DNA of 64,000 nucleotides from an uncultured Ignavibacteriales bacterium (lineage in GTDB: Bacteria; Bacteroidota; Ignavibacteria; Ignavibacteriales; Ignavibacteriaceae), in assembly GCA_963822905.1 (NCBI GenBank), contig CAWGJF010000002.1, forward strand, positions 386,911-450,910, in the 5' to 3' direction. This document shows, one piece after another, positions 9,240 to 17,723 of this stretch. Under the pieces are notes generated by a model. It made no database searches, was not told where the DNA came from, and saw nothing but the letters and a program-made list of their open reading frames with translations. The position numbers and the translations under genes are program-made. Each line of letters starts with the position of its first letter. Positions within the stretch are counted from its first letter, which is position 1.

Positions 9240-10594
9240 AACTGCCGGGTAAAATTGTCGTAGTTGGCGGTAATGCTGCCGGACCTGCTGCTGCAGCAAA
9301 AGCTAAAAGGATTTCTCCAAACTCAGTAATTCTAATGCTTGAAGCAGGAAATTTTATTTCAACTGGAACTTGCGAGATGCCTTATGTACTTTCAGGCAAA
9401 ATTAAAGATTATGAAGATGTTATTTTTTTCTCACCAGAATCATTTTTTAATAAAAAAGGGGTGAAAGTTTTAGTCCGTCATAAAGTTGAACAGGTGGACC
9501 GGAAAAACAAACTCCTTGAAGTTTTTAATATAGATGCGAACAAAACAATAGAAATTGAATACGATAAGTTGATCCTGGCGACAGGCTCAGTTGCAAAAAA
9601 CCTACCTTCATTTTCTCCCGGGTTAAAAAATGTTTTTACTCTTAAATCCGTTTCTGATCTGATATTAATTCAAAAATTCATAAAAGATAATAAACCGGGA
9701 AATGCAGTAATTATTGGTTCAGGTTATATTGGTTTGGAAATTGCTGAAGCTCTAAAAGAAATTAATCTTGATGTGACTTTGCTTGAAACTAAAGAATTGC
9801 CACTGCCTTCTGCTGATTCAATAATTAGTAAAAAGATACTGCCAATATTAGAAAAACAACGAATACAATTTATTGGGGATATAGCAGAAATCGAACCTTT
9901 TATTAAAGACGATACTGTAATTTCACTTAAAGCTAATAGCAACTTTTTTAAAACTGATTTGATTATTTCTTGTGTAGGCTTTATCCCGAATAGTTTCCTG
10001 GCACAGGAATCAAAAATCGAAATTGGAAAATTCGGTGGAGTCAAAATTGATAAGAAATTGAGAACTAGTGATGCAAATATTTTTGCTGCGGGAGATGTTA
10101 CTGAAGTGATTAATTCTGTTACCGGGAAATCTGAATTTATTCCCCTTGCCGGACACGCATATCAACATGGACACATTGCCGCAGAAAATGCTGCCGGAGG
10201 AAATGTAAACTATGATCCGGTTGTTAAAAATATTTCTGTGAAAATATTTGATCATTATTTTTGTTCTGTTGGATTAAACTCAGAAGAAGCAAAAAATAAT
10301 AACTTTAGATTTGAATCAATAACTGAGGAAGCGTATAGTCTTGTTAAGATAATGCCCGGCAGTAAAAAAATGTTATTAAATTTAATTTTCGAAAAAAATA
10401 ACAGAAGAATCCTTGGAGGAGCTTTTCTCGGGGGAAAAGAAGTTTCAGGTTATGCTGATATTATTTCAACTTTAATTAAGCTAAAACAGAATGTTGATAT
10501 TCTCCAAAATATAAATTTTAATTATACCCCACCGCTTTCTCCGTTTAATAATCCATTAAACCTGCTGGGAAGATTATCTAAAAAGAAAAAATAA
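9236..10594 (+). CDS. FAD-dependent pyridine nucleotide-disulfide oxidoreductase (CoA-disulfide reductase/NADH oxidase-like)
   Basis: GGNAAGPAAAAKAKR dinucleotide fold; a single redox Cys in STGTCEMPYV; a second GSGYIGLE Rossmann motif; AAGDV motif. The start overlaps the der stop by 4 nt (ATGA). Confidence 0.8.
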   Translation: MKLPGKIVVVGGNAAGPAAAAKAKRISPNSVILMLEAGNFISTGTCEMPYVLSGKIKDYEDVIFFSPESFFNKKGVKVLVRHKVEQVDRKNKLLEVFNIDANKTIEIEYDKLILATGSVAKNLPSFSPGLKNVFTLKSVSDLILIQKFIKDNKPGNAVIIGSGYIGLEIAEALKEINLDVTLLETKELPLPSADSIISKKILPILEKQRIQFIGDIAEIEPFIKDDTVISLKANSNFFKTDLIISCVGFIPNSFLAQESKIEIGKFGGVKIDKKLRTSDANIFAAGDVTEVINSVTGKSEFIPLAGHAYQHGHIAAENAAGGNVNYDPVVKNISVKIFDHYFCSVGLNSEEAKNNNFRFESITEEAYSLVKIMPGSKKMLLNLIFEKNNRRILGGAFLGGKEVSGYADIISTLIKLKQNVDILQNINFNYTPPLSPFNNPLNLLGRLSKKKK

Positions 10595-10598
10595 TTTT

Positions 10599-11237
10599 AT
10601 GACAAAAAAAAATGAAAATTTTATTCTGATTGATCATCCTGTTATTAAAAGAGATATTTCAATTTTGAGAGACAAAAAAACTGATCCAGAACTTTTTCGA
10701 TCAGTTGTCAGCAGAATATCAAATATTCTTGCAGTGGAGATTAGCAGAAACTTCGAACTTCAGAAAAAAAGTGTTCAAACGCCATTGGAAAAAACAACAG
10801 GATATTCTATTAAACAAGATACGATATTAATCCCCGTACTTCGTGCAGGACTTGGTATGATTAACGGATTTTTGCGGATTATGCCAAATGCAAGAGTTGG
10901 GCATATCGGGCTTCAGCGAGATGAAGAAACATTAAAACCAAATGAATATTATTATAAAGCACCAAAAAATCTGAATAAGGCAAATGTAATTTTACTTGAT
11001 CCAATGCTTGCCACGGGCGGAAGTGCTTCACAAGCCATAAAACTTCTTAAGAAAAGAGGAGCTAAAAAAATTTCTTTTGCTTGTCTTGTAGCTGCTCCGG
11101 AAGGAATAAATAAAATATACAATGATCATCCGGATATCAAAATATTTGGGTCTGCACTTGATAGAGAACTGAATAAAAAAGGTTTTATATTGCCGGGACT
11201 TGGAGATGCAGGAGATAGAACATTTGGCACTCTCTAA
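10599..11237 (+). CDS. upp: Uracil phosphoribosyltransferase
   Basis: PRPP-binding loop VILLDPMLATGGSA and C-terminal GLGDAGDRTFGT; the 212-aa length is typical. Confidence 0.95.
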   Translation: MTKKNENFILIDHPVIKRDISILRDKKTDPELFRSVVSRISNILAVEISRNFELQKKSVQTPLEKTTGYSIKQDTILIPVLRAGLGMINGFLRIMPNARVGHIGLQRDEETLKPNEYYYKAPKNLNKANVILLDPMLATGGSASQAIKLLKKRGAKKISFACLVAAPEGINKIYNDHPDIKIFGSALDRELNKKGFILPGLGDAGDRTFGTL

Positions 11238-12267
11238 AATCTTAACTTACTCAGTTCTTATAATATTATTTTTTAACCTAAAAGAAATAACAGCACAGGT
11301 TTATCCCGATGCAAAAGTAGATTCACTTTTAAAAACCGGGATAGAATCAATAGTTGAACAGGATTACGAGCAAGCTGATATAATTTTTAACTCACTTAAA
11401 AATAGTTTCCCGGAAATTCCATTAGGCAATATTTATTTAGCCGCAAGCAAAATTGCTGAAGCTTACGATTATGCAGAACCTTTTAATGAAGAATATATTT
11501 CGGATAACCTGGAAGCAGCTAAAACTCAATCTGAAAAACTAATTGACAAAGATGAAGCGAATGTCTGGTACAATTATTTTCTTGCACTTACTGAAGGATA
11601 CTCTGCTTATTTTGATGCACTGAATGACAACTGGCTTTCTGCATTTTCTACCGGGCTTAATTCTTTAAAATCATTTGATGAATGCCTGGCTATTAATCAA
11701 AATTTTTACGAATCATACATTGCTCTTGGCACTTATGAATACTGGAAATCAAGGAAAACGGAATTTATGAAGTGGCTTCCATTTGTTGACGATGATCGTG
11801 ATGATGCAGTATCAAAATTACAGATTGCTGTTGATTCGTCTTCATACAATTCTTACCTGGCGATAAATTCACTTCTTTGGATTTATATTGACCAGAAGAA
11901 ATTTGATAATGCAAAAGTATTAGCACAAAAAGCATTGTTAAAATTTCCTGATTCGCGTTCTTTTAAATGGGGATTGGCCCGCTCCATAGAGGAATCAAAT
12001 CCAACAGGAGCAATTAAATATTATTCTGAAATTCTGAGTTCTTATCCTACAGAAATTAAAAGTAGAATTAACGCAATTACTTTAAAACACATAATTGCTC
12101 AGCGTTATTATGAATTAGGCAATTTAGGCAAAACATTACAAGTCTGTAACGAGATTTTATCCATTTCCGATTTGAGTGAATTTGAAAAGGATTCGCTCAG
12201 TGATCGTTTGGAACGAATTAAGAAGCTAAAAAATGAAGTTACCGTTAGGCTTTCAAACCGGAACTAG
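11200..12267 (+). CDS. TPR-like secreted/lipoprotein, hypothetical
   Basis: Signal-peptide-like N-terminus (LALSKILTYSVLIILFF...AQ) followed by helical repeat content. The true start is probably the in-frame TTG at 11224 rather than 11200, which overlaps upp by 38 nt. Confidence 0.5.
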   Translation: MEMQEIEHLALSKILTYSVLIILFFNLKEITAQVYPDAKVDSLLKTGIESIVEQDYEQADIIFNSLKNSFPEIPLGNIYLAASKIAEAYDYAEPFNEEYISDNLEAAKTQSEKLIDKDEANVWYNYFLALTEGYSAYFDALNDNWLSAFSTGLNSLKSFDECLAINQNFYESYIALGTYEYWKSRKTEFMKWLPFVDDDRDDAVSKLQIAVDSSSYNSYLAINSLLWIYIDQKKFDNAKVLAQKALLKFPDSRSFKWGLARSIEESNPTGAIKYYSEILSSYPTEIKSRINAITLKHIIAQRYYELGNLGKTLQVCNEILSISDLSEFEKDSLSDRLERIKKLKNEVTVRLSNRN

Positions 12268-12348
12268 CTCACACCTGACTTTATCATCTCCATAAAATAA
12301 AGTAAATTATTCCATCGATAATCTTTTTTTGATCCACAAATTTGAAAT

Positions 12349-14520
12349 ATGGTTTTAGAAAATCCGAAATATCAAAATATGCTGCCGGATCTTATTTCTG
12401 AGTGCAGGAAAACTTTACCAAAAGTTAATGAAGAATTGATTGGCAAAGCTTTCAACTTTTCTGTTGAAGCGCACAAAAATGATTTACGTGCTTCGGGGGA
12501 ACCATATTTCACACATCCTTATCAAGTCGCAATGGTTATAGCTCAGGAATTCCCACTTGATGATATAACTGTTGTTTGTGGTTTATTGCACGATGTTGTT
12601 GAAGATACTGATTTTGATTTACAACTTCTTTCAAAAGAATTTGGAAATGAGGTTGCAGAAATAGTTGATGGTGTAACTAAAATTAGCGGGATTTTTAAAG
12701 GACAGGATATTACCAAAGCTGAAAATTATAGGAAGATGCTTCTTTCTATGGTTAAAGATGTCAGGGTAATTCTTGTGAAATTTGCCGACAGGCTCCATAA
12801 CATGAGAACATTAGAATTTGTATCTCCCGATAAGCAAAGAAGAATAGCCCAGGAAACTCTTGAAATTTATGCTCCCTTTGCAAACAGATTTGGTCTGGCT
12901 AAAGTAAAATGGGAATTAGAAGATTTATCATTCAAATATCTTAACAGGGAAGCATATGAGGATCTTGTTAGAAAAGTCAAAGGAAGAAGAAAAGAAAGAG
13001 AAGCCTACATTAAAAAGTTTGCAGAACCTATAATAAAAAGAATAGACGAATACAAACTTAAGTATGATTTAAGTGGCAGACCAAAACATCTTTATAGTAT
13101 ATACAGGAAAATGATCAGGAGAAATAAACCTTTTGAAGAAATTTATGATCTCTTTGCAGTGAGAATTATTCTGGAAACTGAAAATAATAATGATTGTTAT
13201 ACAACTCTTGGAATAGTAAACCAGGTGTATTTACCTGTCCCTGATCGTTTTAAGGATTATGTTTCCATTCCAAAAACTAATAACTACCAATCGATTCATA
13301 CAACTGTTGTGGGACCTGAAGGCAGGCTTGTTGAAGTTCAGATAAGAACAAAGAAAATGCACGAAATATCCGAGCGTGGTGTGGCTGCTCACTGGAAATA
13401 TAAAGAGGATAAAAGTACTTCCGACAAAGAATTGGAAAATTGGGTTAACTGGATCCGGGATATTTTTGAAAGTGCTGGTAAAGATGATGTTCGAAAAGAA
13501 TTACTTGAAGATTTTAAACTTAATCTTTATCAGGATGAAATTTATTTATTTACACCAAAAGGTGAATTAAGGAGACTCCCATTATATTCAACGGCAGTTG
13601 ATTTTGCGTTTGAAATACATAGTAAAGTTGGATATCACTGTATCGGTGCAAAAATTAATGGCAGAATTGTTCCTCTCGATACTCCGTTGCACAGCGGTGA
13701 TCAGGTTGAAATTATCACATCAAAGAATCAACATCCGAATAAAAACTGGTTGAAATTTGTTAAGACCCATAAAGCACGTTCTGCAATTAGAAAATGGATG
13801 AATAAAGAAGACGATAAGATTGTACAAAACGGAAAAGAGATCTGGGATAAAAAAATCAAAAAACTCAAATTATCTTTCAATTCTTCTGATGTTTCAAGGA
13901 TTGCCAGGAATTTAAAATTCGAAAATAATCGTCAGTTTTACGGTGCAATAGCACAAGGTGGTGTAAATCTTGATGAAGCATTAATGCCTCAAAAAGAATT
14001 AATTGCAGAAGAACAAGGAAATGTACTTGGTTTTGAAAAGTTTGCAAATATTGCTCGCCAGGATGCCGGTAGTTTACTTGTTGATGGTAGTACCGAAAAA
14101 TTAATGTATGCTTTTGCAAAATGTTGTAATCCAATTCCGGGTGATCCGGTAATCGGATTTATAACTATTGGTGAAGGAATAAAAATTCATCGTAAAACAT
14201 GTAATAACCTTGTTAATCTTTCATCGGTAGATCCAAGTAAATTAATTCCTGTACAATGGCCGAAAACTGAAGGTTCAACATTTGTTGCTGGAATTTCAAT
14301 GAAGGGTGATGACACTCCGGGAATATTAAATGATATAGCTCACACAATTGTTTCTTATCAGAATACTAATATTAAATCAATTAATATCAACACAAATGAT
14401 TCTAACTTTGAAGGAAATGTAACTGTGTATGTTAATGGCCTGGATCATTTAAATAGACTTATTGACCGGTTGAAAAAAATAAAAGGAATTTATACTGTTG
14501 AAAGGTTCGAAAGTAATTAA
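12349..14520 (+). CDS. relA: Bifunctional (p)ppGpp synthetase/hydrolase (RelA/SpoT homolog)
   Basis: HD hydrolase motifs (HPYQVA...LLHDVVEDT), synthetase block (GRPKHLYSIYRKM, DLFAVRII), TGS (IYLFTPKGE...LPLYSTAVDFA) and a C-terminal ACT-like domain. Confidence 0.95.
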   Translation: MVLENPKYQNMLPDLISECRKTLPKVNEELIGKAFNFSVEAHKNDLRASGEPYFTHPYQVAMVIAQEFPLDDITVVCGLLHDVVEDTDFDLQLLSKEFGNEVAEIVDGVTKISGIFKGQDITKAENYRKMLLSMVKDVRVILVKFADRLHNMRTLEFVSPDKQRRIAQETLEIYAPFANRFGLAKVKWELEDLSFKYLNREAYEDLVRKVKGRRKEREAYIKKFAEPIIKRIDEYKLKYDLSGRPKHLYSIYRKMIRRNKPFEEIYDLFAVRIILETENNNDCYTTLGIVNQVYLPVPDRFKDYVSIPKTNNYQSIHTTVVGPEGRLVEVQIRTKKMHEISERGVAAHWKYKEDKSTSDKELENWVNWIRDIFESAGKDDVRKELLEDFKLNLYQDEIYLFTPKGELRRLPLYSTAVDFAFEIHSKVGYHCIGAKINGRIVPLDTPLHSGDQVEIITSKNQHPNKNWLKFVKTHKARSAIRKWMNKEDDKIVQNGKEIWDKKIKKLKLSFNSSDVSRIARNLKFENNRQFYGAIAQGGVNLDEALMPQKELIAEEQGNVLGFEKFANIARQDAGSLLVDGSTEKLMYAFAKCCNPIPGDPVIGFITIGEGIKIHRKTCNNLVNLSSVDPSKLIPVQWPKTEGSTFVAGISMKGDDTPGILNDIAHTIVSYQNTNIKSININTNDSNFEGNVTVYVNGLDHLNRLIDRLKKIKGIYTVERFESN

Positions 14521-14954
14521 TGATTGATACGGTACCATCGACAGAATCAAGAATAATGGCAATTGATTTTGGTGAAAAAAGAATAGGAATTGCACTTACT
14601 GATCCGTTATTAACTTTTGCCTATCCTTATAAAACATTAACCAACGATAATCTTCTTTTTAAAAATCTTGAAAAAATAATTTTTGATAAAAATATTAAAA
14701 AAATTATTTTAGGATTGCCATCAACTTCTAAACCAGCTTCTGCGAAATTGGCAGATAAAATTCTGAATTTTAAAAAAGAATTGGAAAAGAAATTCAAAAA
14801 AGAAATTATTTTATGGGATGAAGAATATACTTCAGTTATTGCACAACAGAGAATTATAGAATCTGTAGCAGGTAAAAAAAAGAGGAAAGACAAAGCATTG
14901 ATTGATCAAAATGCTGCAGCTGTTATTTTACAGGAGTATTTGGATTCCATATGA
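14520..14954 (+). CDS. ruvX: Holliday-junction resolvase-like nuclease RuvX (YqgF)
   Basis: IMAIDFGEKRIGIALTD N-terminal motif, DEEYTS and the ~140-aa size are typical of YqgF. Its start overlaps the rel stop. Confidence 0.9.
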   Translation: MIDTVPSTESRIMAIDFGEKRIGIALTDPLLTFAYPYKTLTNDNLLFKNLEKIIFDKNIKKIILGLPSTSKPASAKLADKILNFKKELEKKFKKEIILWDEEYTSVIAQQRIIESVAGKKKRKDKALIDQNAAAVILQEYLDSI

Positions 14955-15032
14955 TCCGAACGATTCTTTAAAACATTTCATTAACTGATCAAAGTAAGTA
15001 TATAAAATTTAGTAAATTATAGTAATAAAAAA

Positions 15033-15061
15033 TTGACATTAACATTTCAATAATTTATTTT
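15033..15061 (+). promoter_or_regulatory. Candidate sigma70-type promoter for the BMC-H gene pair
   Basis: TTGACA at 15033-15038, a 17-nt spacer, then TATTTT at 15056-15061. A GGGAG Shine-Dalgarno lies at 15085-15089, 7 nt before the ATG at 15097. Confidence 0.35.
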
Positions 15062-15096
15062 ATCGACTAACAATTTTCACTAATGGGAGCACTTCT

Positions 15097-15375
15097 ATGT
15101 CACTTGACGCACTAGGTATGGTGGAAACCAAAGGTTTGGTAGGTTCCATCGAAGCTGCTGATGCAATGGTTAAAGCAGCAAAAGTTGAGCTAATTGGAAA
15201 AGAAACAATTGGCGGCGGTTATGTAACGGTGATGGTTAGAGGTGATGTGGGAGCAGTTAAAGCGGCAACTGATGCCGGAGCTGCCGCAGCACAAAGAGTT
15301 GGTGAATTAGTTTCAGTTCACGTTATTCCTCGGCCACATGCGGAAGTTGAGTCAATCCTTCCAAAAAAGAAATAA
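15097..15375 (+). CDS. Bacterial microcompartment shell protein, BMC-H (PduA/CcmK/EutM-like, single Pfam00936-type domain)
   Basis: 92 aa: [30 protein letters not shown]...[23 protein letters not shown]...VHVIPRPH. This is a canonical BMC-H sequence with the edge Lys (DAMVKAA), a GGG pore loop and the PRPH motif. Confidence 0.92.
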   Translation: MSLDALGMVETKGLVGSIEAADAMVKAAKVELIGKETIGGGYVTVMVRGDVGAVKAATDAGAAAAQRVGELVSVHVIPRPHAEVESILPKKK

Positions 15376-15378
15376 ATT

Positions 15379-16050
15379 ATGTCTGATCGTGCCTTAGGTA
15401 TGGTGGAAACCCGCGGGTTGGTGGCATCTATTGAAGCCGCTGATGCTATGCTAAAAGCTGCACAGGTAACACTTGTTGGTAAGGAACGTGCTGATGCAGG
15501 CTTAATGACTATTATTGTTGTTGGTGAAACTGCAGCAGTACAATCGGCAGTCGATGCGGGAGCAGTGGCTGCTTCCAGAATCGGGGAACTTGTTTCCACT
15601 CATATTATTCCAAGACCTGATGATCAAACCACGGAAATTCTTTTTAAAGATAAATTTTCAAAACCCACTGGTAAAAAATCGGTTGTTCAGGATAGGGAAC
15701 AAATAAAGGAGGAAATAAAATCAACCCGGAAAGTAACAAGAGTTGTTAAAAAAGAAAAAGTCAAATCTGAGATTAAACCTGAGATTACAAAATCAATTGA
15801 AGAACCTGAAGAAAGTTCAACTAATACGATTGAGAGATTAAAAAGAGAAGCTCTTGGTAAAAATGCCGTAACAATTGATTTAGAATCACAAGTACTTGCT
15901 GATTTATCAATGAGTGATTTGGAAATTCAGAATGTTCATCAGCTCAGACGCCTTGCAAGAAGTGTTAAGGAATTTCCAATTAAAGGAAGGGAAATTTCTA
16001 AAGCAAACCGAAATCAACTTCTTGATTATTTTAAAGATTTGTTAAAGTAA
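15379..16050 (+). CDS. BMC-H shell protein with ~130-aa C-terminal extension (K/E-rich linker + Rho_N/SAP-like helical motif)
   Basis: aa 1-88: [30 protein letters not shown]...ADAGLMTIIVVGETAAVQSAVDAG...THIIPRPD. A charged low-complexity segment follows. The tail LEIQNVHQLRRLARSVKEFPIKGREISKANRNQLLDYF resembles a Rho N-terminal/SAP-type motif. The ATG lies 3 nt after the stop of the first BMC-H gene. Confidence 0.88.
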   Translation: MSDRALGMVETRGLVASIEAADAMLKAAQVTLVGKERADAGLMTIIVVGETAAVQSAVDAGAVAASRIGELVSTHIIPRPDDQTTEILFKDKFSKPTGKKSVVQDREQIKEEIKSTRKVTRVVKKEKVKSEIKPEITKSIEEPEESSTNTIERLKREALGKNAVTIDLESQVLADLSMSDLEIQNVHQLRRLARSVKEFPIKGREISKANRNQLLDYFKDLLK

Positions 16051-16117
16051 CTCTGTTTTTGTCTCTTCATAATAATCATATCTTAATAAATATTATTTTA
16101 TTAATTTAGCGGTTGAA

Positions 16118-17020
16118 ATGAAACTTAACATTTTTATCGCATCACTAATTTTTTCAATTATTCTTTGGGGATCTATTTCACTTTCGGATGAATACTATGC
16201 CATTATCCAGGTTTCCCCAAAACTAATTAATTTTCCTAAAGGATATACTTCCGGAACCGGACTTCCTGATAAAATTTCAATTCGTGTTAAAGGTAAAGGC
16301 TGGAGATTAGTTTCTGTAAATCTTGGAAGCGATACAGAATATTTAATATCTGTGAGCGACAGCGGAAAACAACTAATTGATGTTTATAATAATCTTAACA
16401 ACAACCGATGGATAAAATCAGATCTCGAAGTAATCGACGTTTCACCTGATACTCTTTCAGTTTTAGTTGAAAAAATTGTTACACGAAAATTGCCTGTAGT
16501 GGCTAGTTTAAATGTAAATTATAGGGAAGGTTTCGGTTTGGCATTACCTGTAAGTCAAAATGTGGATTCAGTTTATATTTCTGGCCCAAAAAGTATGATA
16601 AAAAAAATGAAGCAGGTAAATACTGAAGAATTAAAACTTATAGGTGTTGACAGCAAAACTCTGGTAGATTTAAATCTTCCTCAGCGGGGCGGATTTAAAT
16701 ACAATTTAGATAAAATAGAAGTCAAATTGGATGTTCAAAGAATTGTTGAAAAACAGTTTGATGAAATCAATGTTGATGTGTTTGATGTTCCACCTGATAG
16801 AGAAGTAGTTTTGCTTCCTAATAAAATCTCATGCAGCGTACGTGGTGGTATTCAGGTCTTGGGCAAAATGACGAAAGATCAATTTAAAAGTTTTGTCTAT
16901 TATCATGAAGTTGTTAACGATACTTTAGGTAGTGTGATTCCAAATATAGAAATTCCGGATAATACCTCTTTGCTTTATATTAAACCAGAAAGGCTCCGTT
17001 ATATCATCAAAACATTTTAG
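16118..17020 (+). CDS. YbbR-like (CdaR-type) repeat domain protein, membrane-anchored
   Basis: N-terminal TM helix, then repeated ~80-aa beta modules with V..P..V.V.V patterns typical of YbbR repeats. Assigned by pattern only. Confidence 0.5.
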   Translation: MKLNIFIASLIFSIILWGSISLSDEYYAIIQVSPKLINFPKGYTSGTGLPDKISIRVKGKGWRLVSVNLGSDTEYLISVSDSGKQLIDVYNNLNNNRWIKSDLEVIDVSPDTLSVLVEKIVTRKLPVVASLNVNYREGFGLALPVSQNVDSVYISGPKSMIKKMKQVNTEELKLIGVDSKTLVDLNLPQRGGFKYNLDKIEVKLDVQRIVEKQFDEINVDVFDVPPDREVVLLPNKISCSVRGGIQVLGKMTKDQFKSFVYYHEVVNDTLGSVIPNIEIPDNTSLLYIKPERLRYIIKTF

Positions 17021-17097
17021 AAAGTTACTTTTCTGCTCAAACTTTCACTATTTTATATAAATAAATTATCTCATTTATCCATTTATTGAGTGAATTC

Positions 17098-17715
17098 ATG
17101 TTTATATCTTTCGAGGGGATAGATTTCTGCGGCAAATCAACACAGATAGATCTTCTAAGCGATTATTTAACCGAAAAAAATAAAAAAGTTGAAGTTGTAC
17201 GTGAACCGGGAAGTACAGAAATTTCAGACAAAATCAGGGCTATTTTATTAGATAAAAAAAATGATAAAATGTTTGGAGAGTCTGAGTTGTTTTTATTTTC
17301 AGCTAGTCGTGCTCAATTAGTACGGGAAAAAATTCGTCCTTATCTCCTAAAAGATTATTATGTAATTTCAGACCGGTTTCTTGATTCTTCCACTGCTTAC
17401 CAGGGATATGGAAGAGGAGTTCCGCTTGATGTAATTGAGGTTATTCATAATCTGGCAATTGGAGATACTTTACCGGATTTAACATTTTATATGGATGTCC
17501 CTGTTGGTGTTGCAAATGAAAGAAAGAAAAAACAATCAAAGGGTAAACTTGATAGAATTGAACAGAGTGATATTGATTTTTACAATAGGGTCCGGAATGG
17601 TTATCTGGAGATAGCGAAACAAGAGGGGCGTGTAAAAATAATTGATGGTACTCAAACAATTGAAATTATCAGAAACCAAATAATAACAGAAGTTGAATTA
17701 TTTCAAGTAAGGTAA
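17098..17715 (+). CDS. tmk: Thymidylate kinase
   Basis: MFISFEGIDFCGKSTQ P-loop, the DRFLDSSTAYQG motif and a LID region. The ATG at 17098 is preferred over the TTG at 17086. Confidence 0.92.
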   Translation: MFISFEGIDFCGKSTQIDLLSDYLTEKNKKVEVVREPGSTEISDKIRAILLDKKNDKMFGESELFLFSASRAQLVREKIRPYLLKDYYVISDRFLDSSTAYQGYGRGVPLDVIEVIHNLAIGDTLPDLTFYMDVPVGVANERKKKQSKGKLDRIEQSDIDFYNRVRNGYLEIAKQEGRVKIIDGTQTIEIIRNQIITEVELFQVR

Positions 17716-17723
17716 GTGGTAAT

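Noticed and set aside
11200-11237. 38-nt overlap between upp and the downstream TPR gene
   Set aside because: It is most likely an over-extended ORF call. An in-frame TTG at 11224 gives a normal signal peptide, so there is no need to invoke unusual overlap.
15318-15599. 93-aa minus-strand ORF spanning the junction of the two BMC-H genes
   Set aside because: It is antisense to two strongly recognisable BMC domains. Its Ala/Ser/Thr-rich product is what the complement of GCN/GTN-rich codons gives. It has no start context or independent motif.
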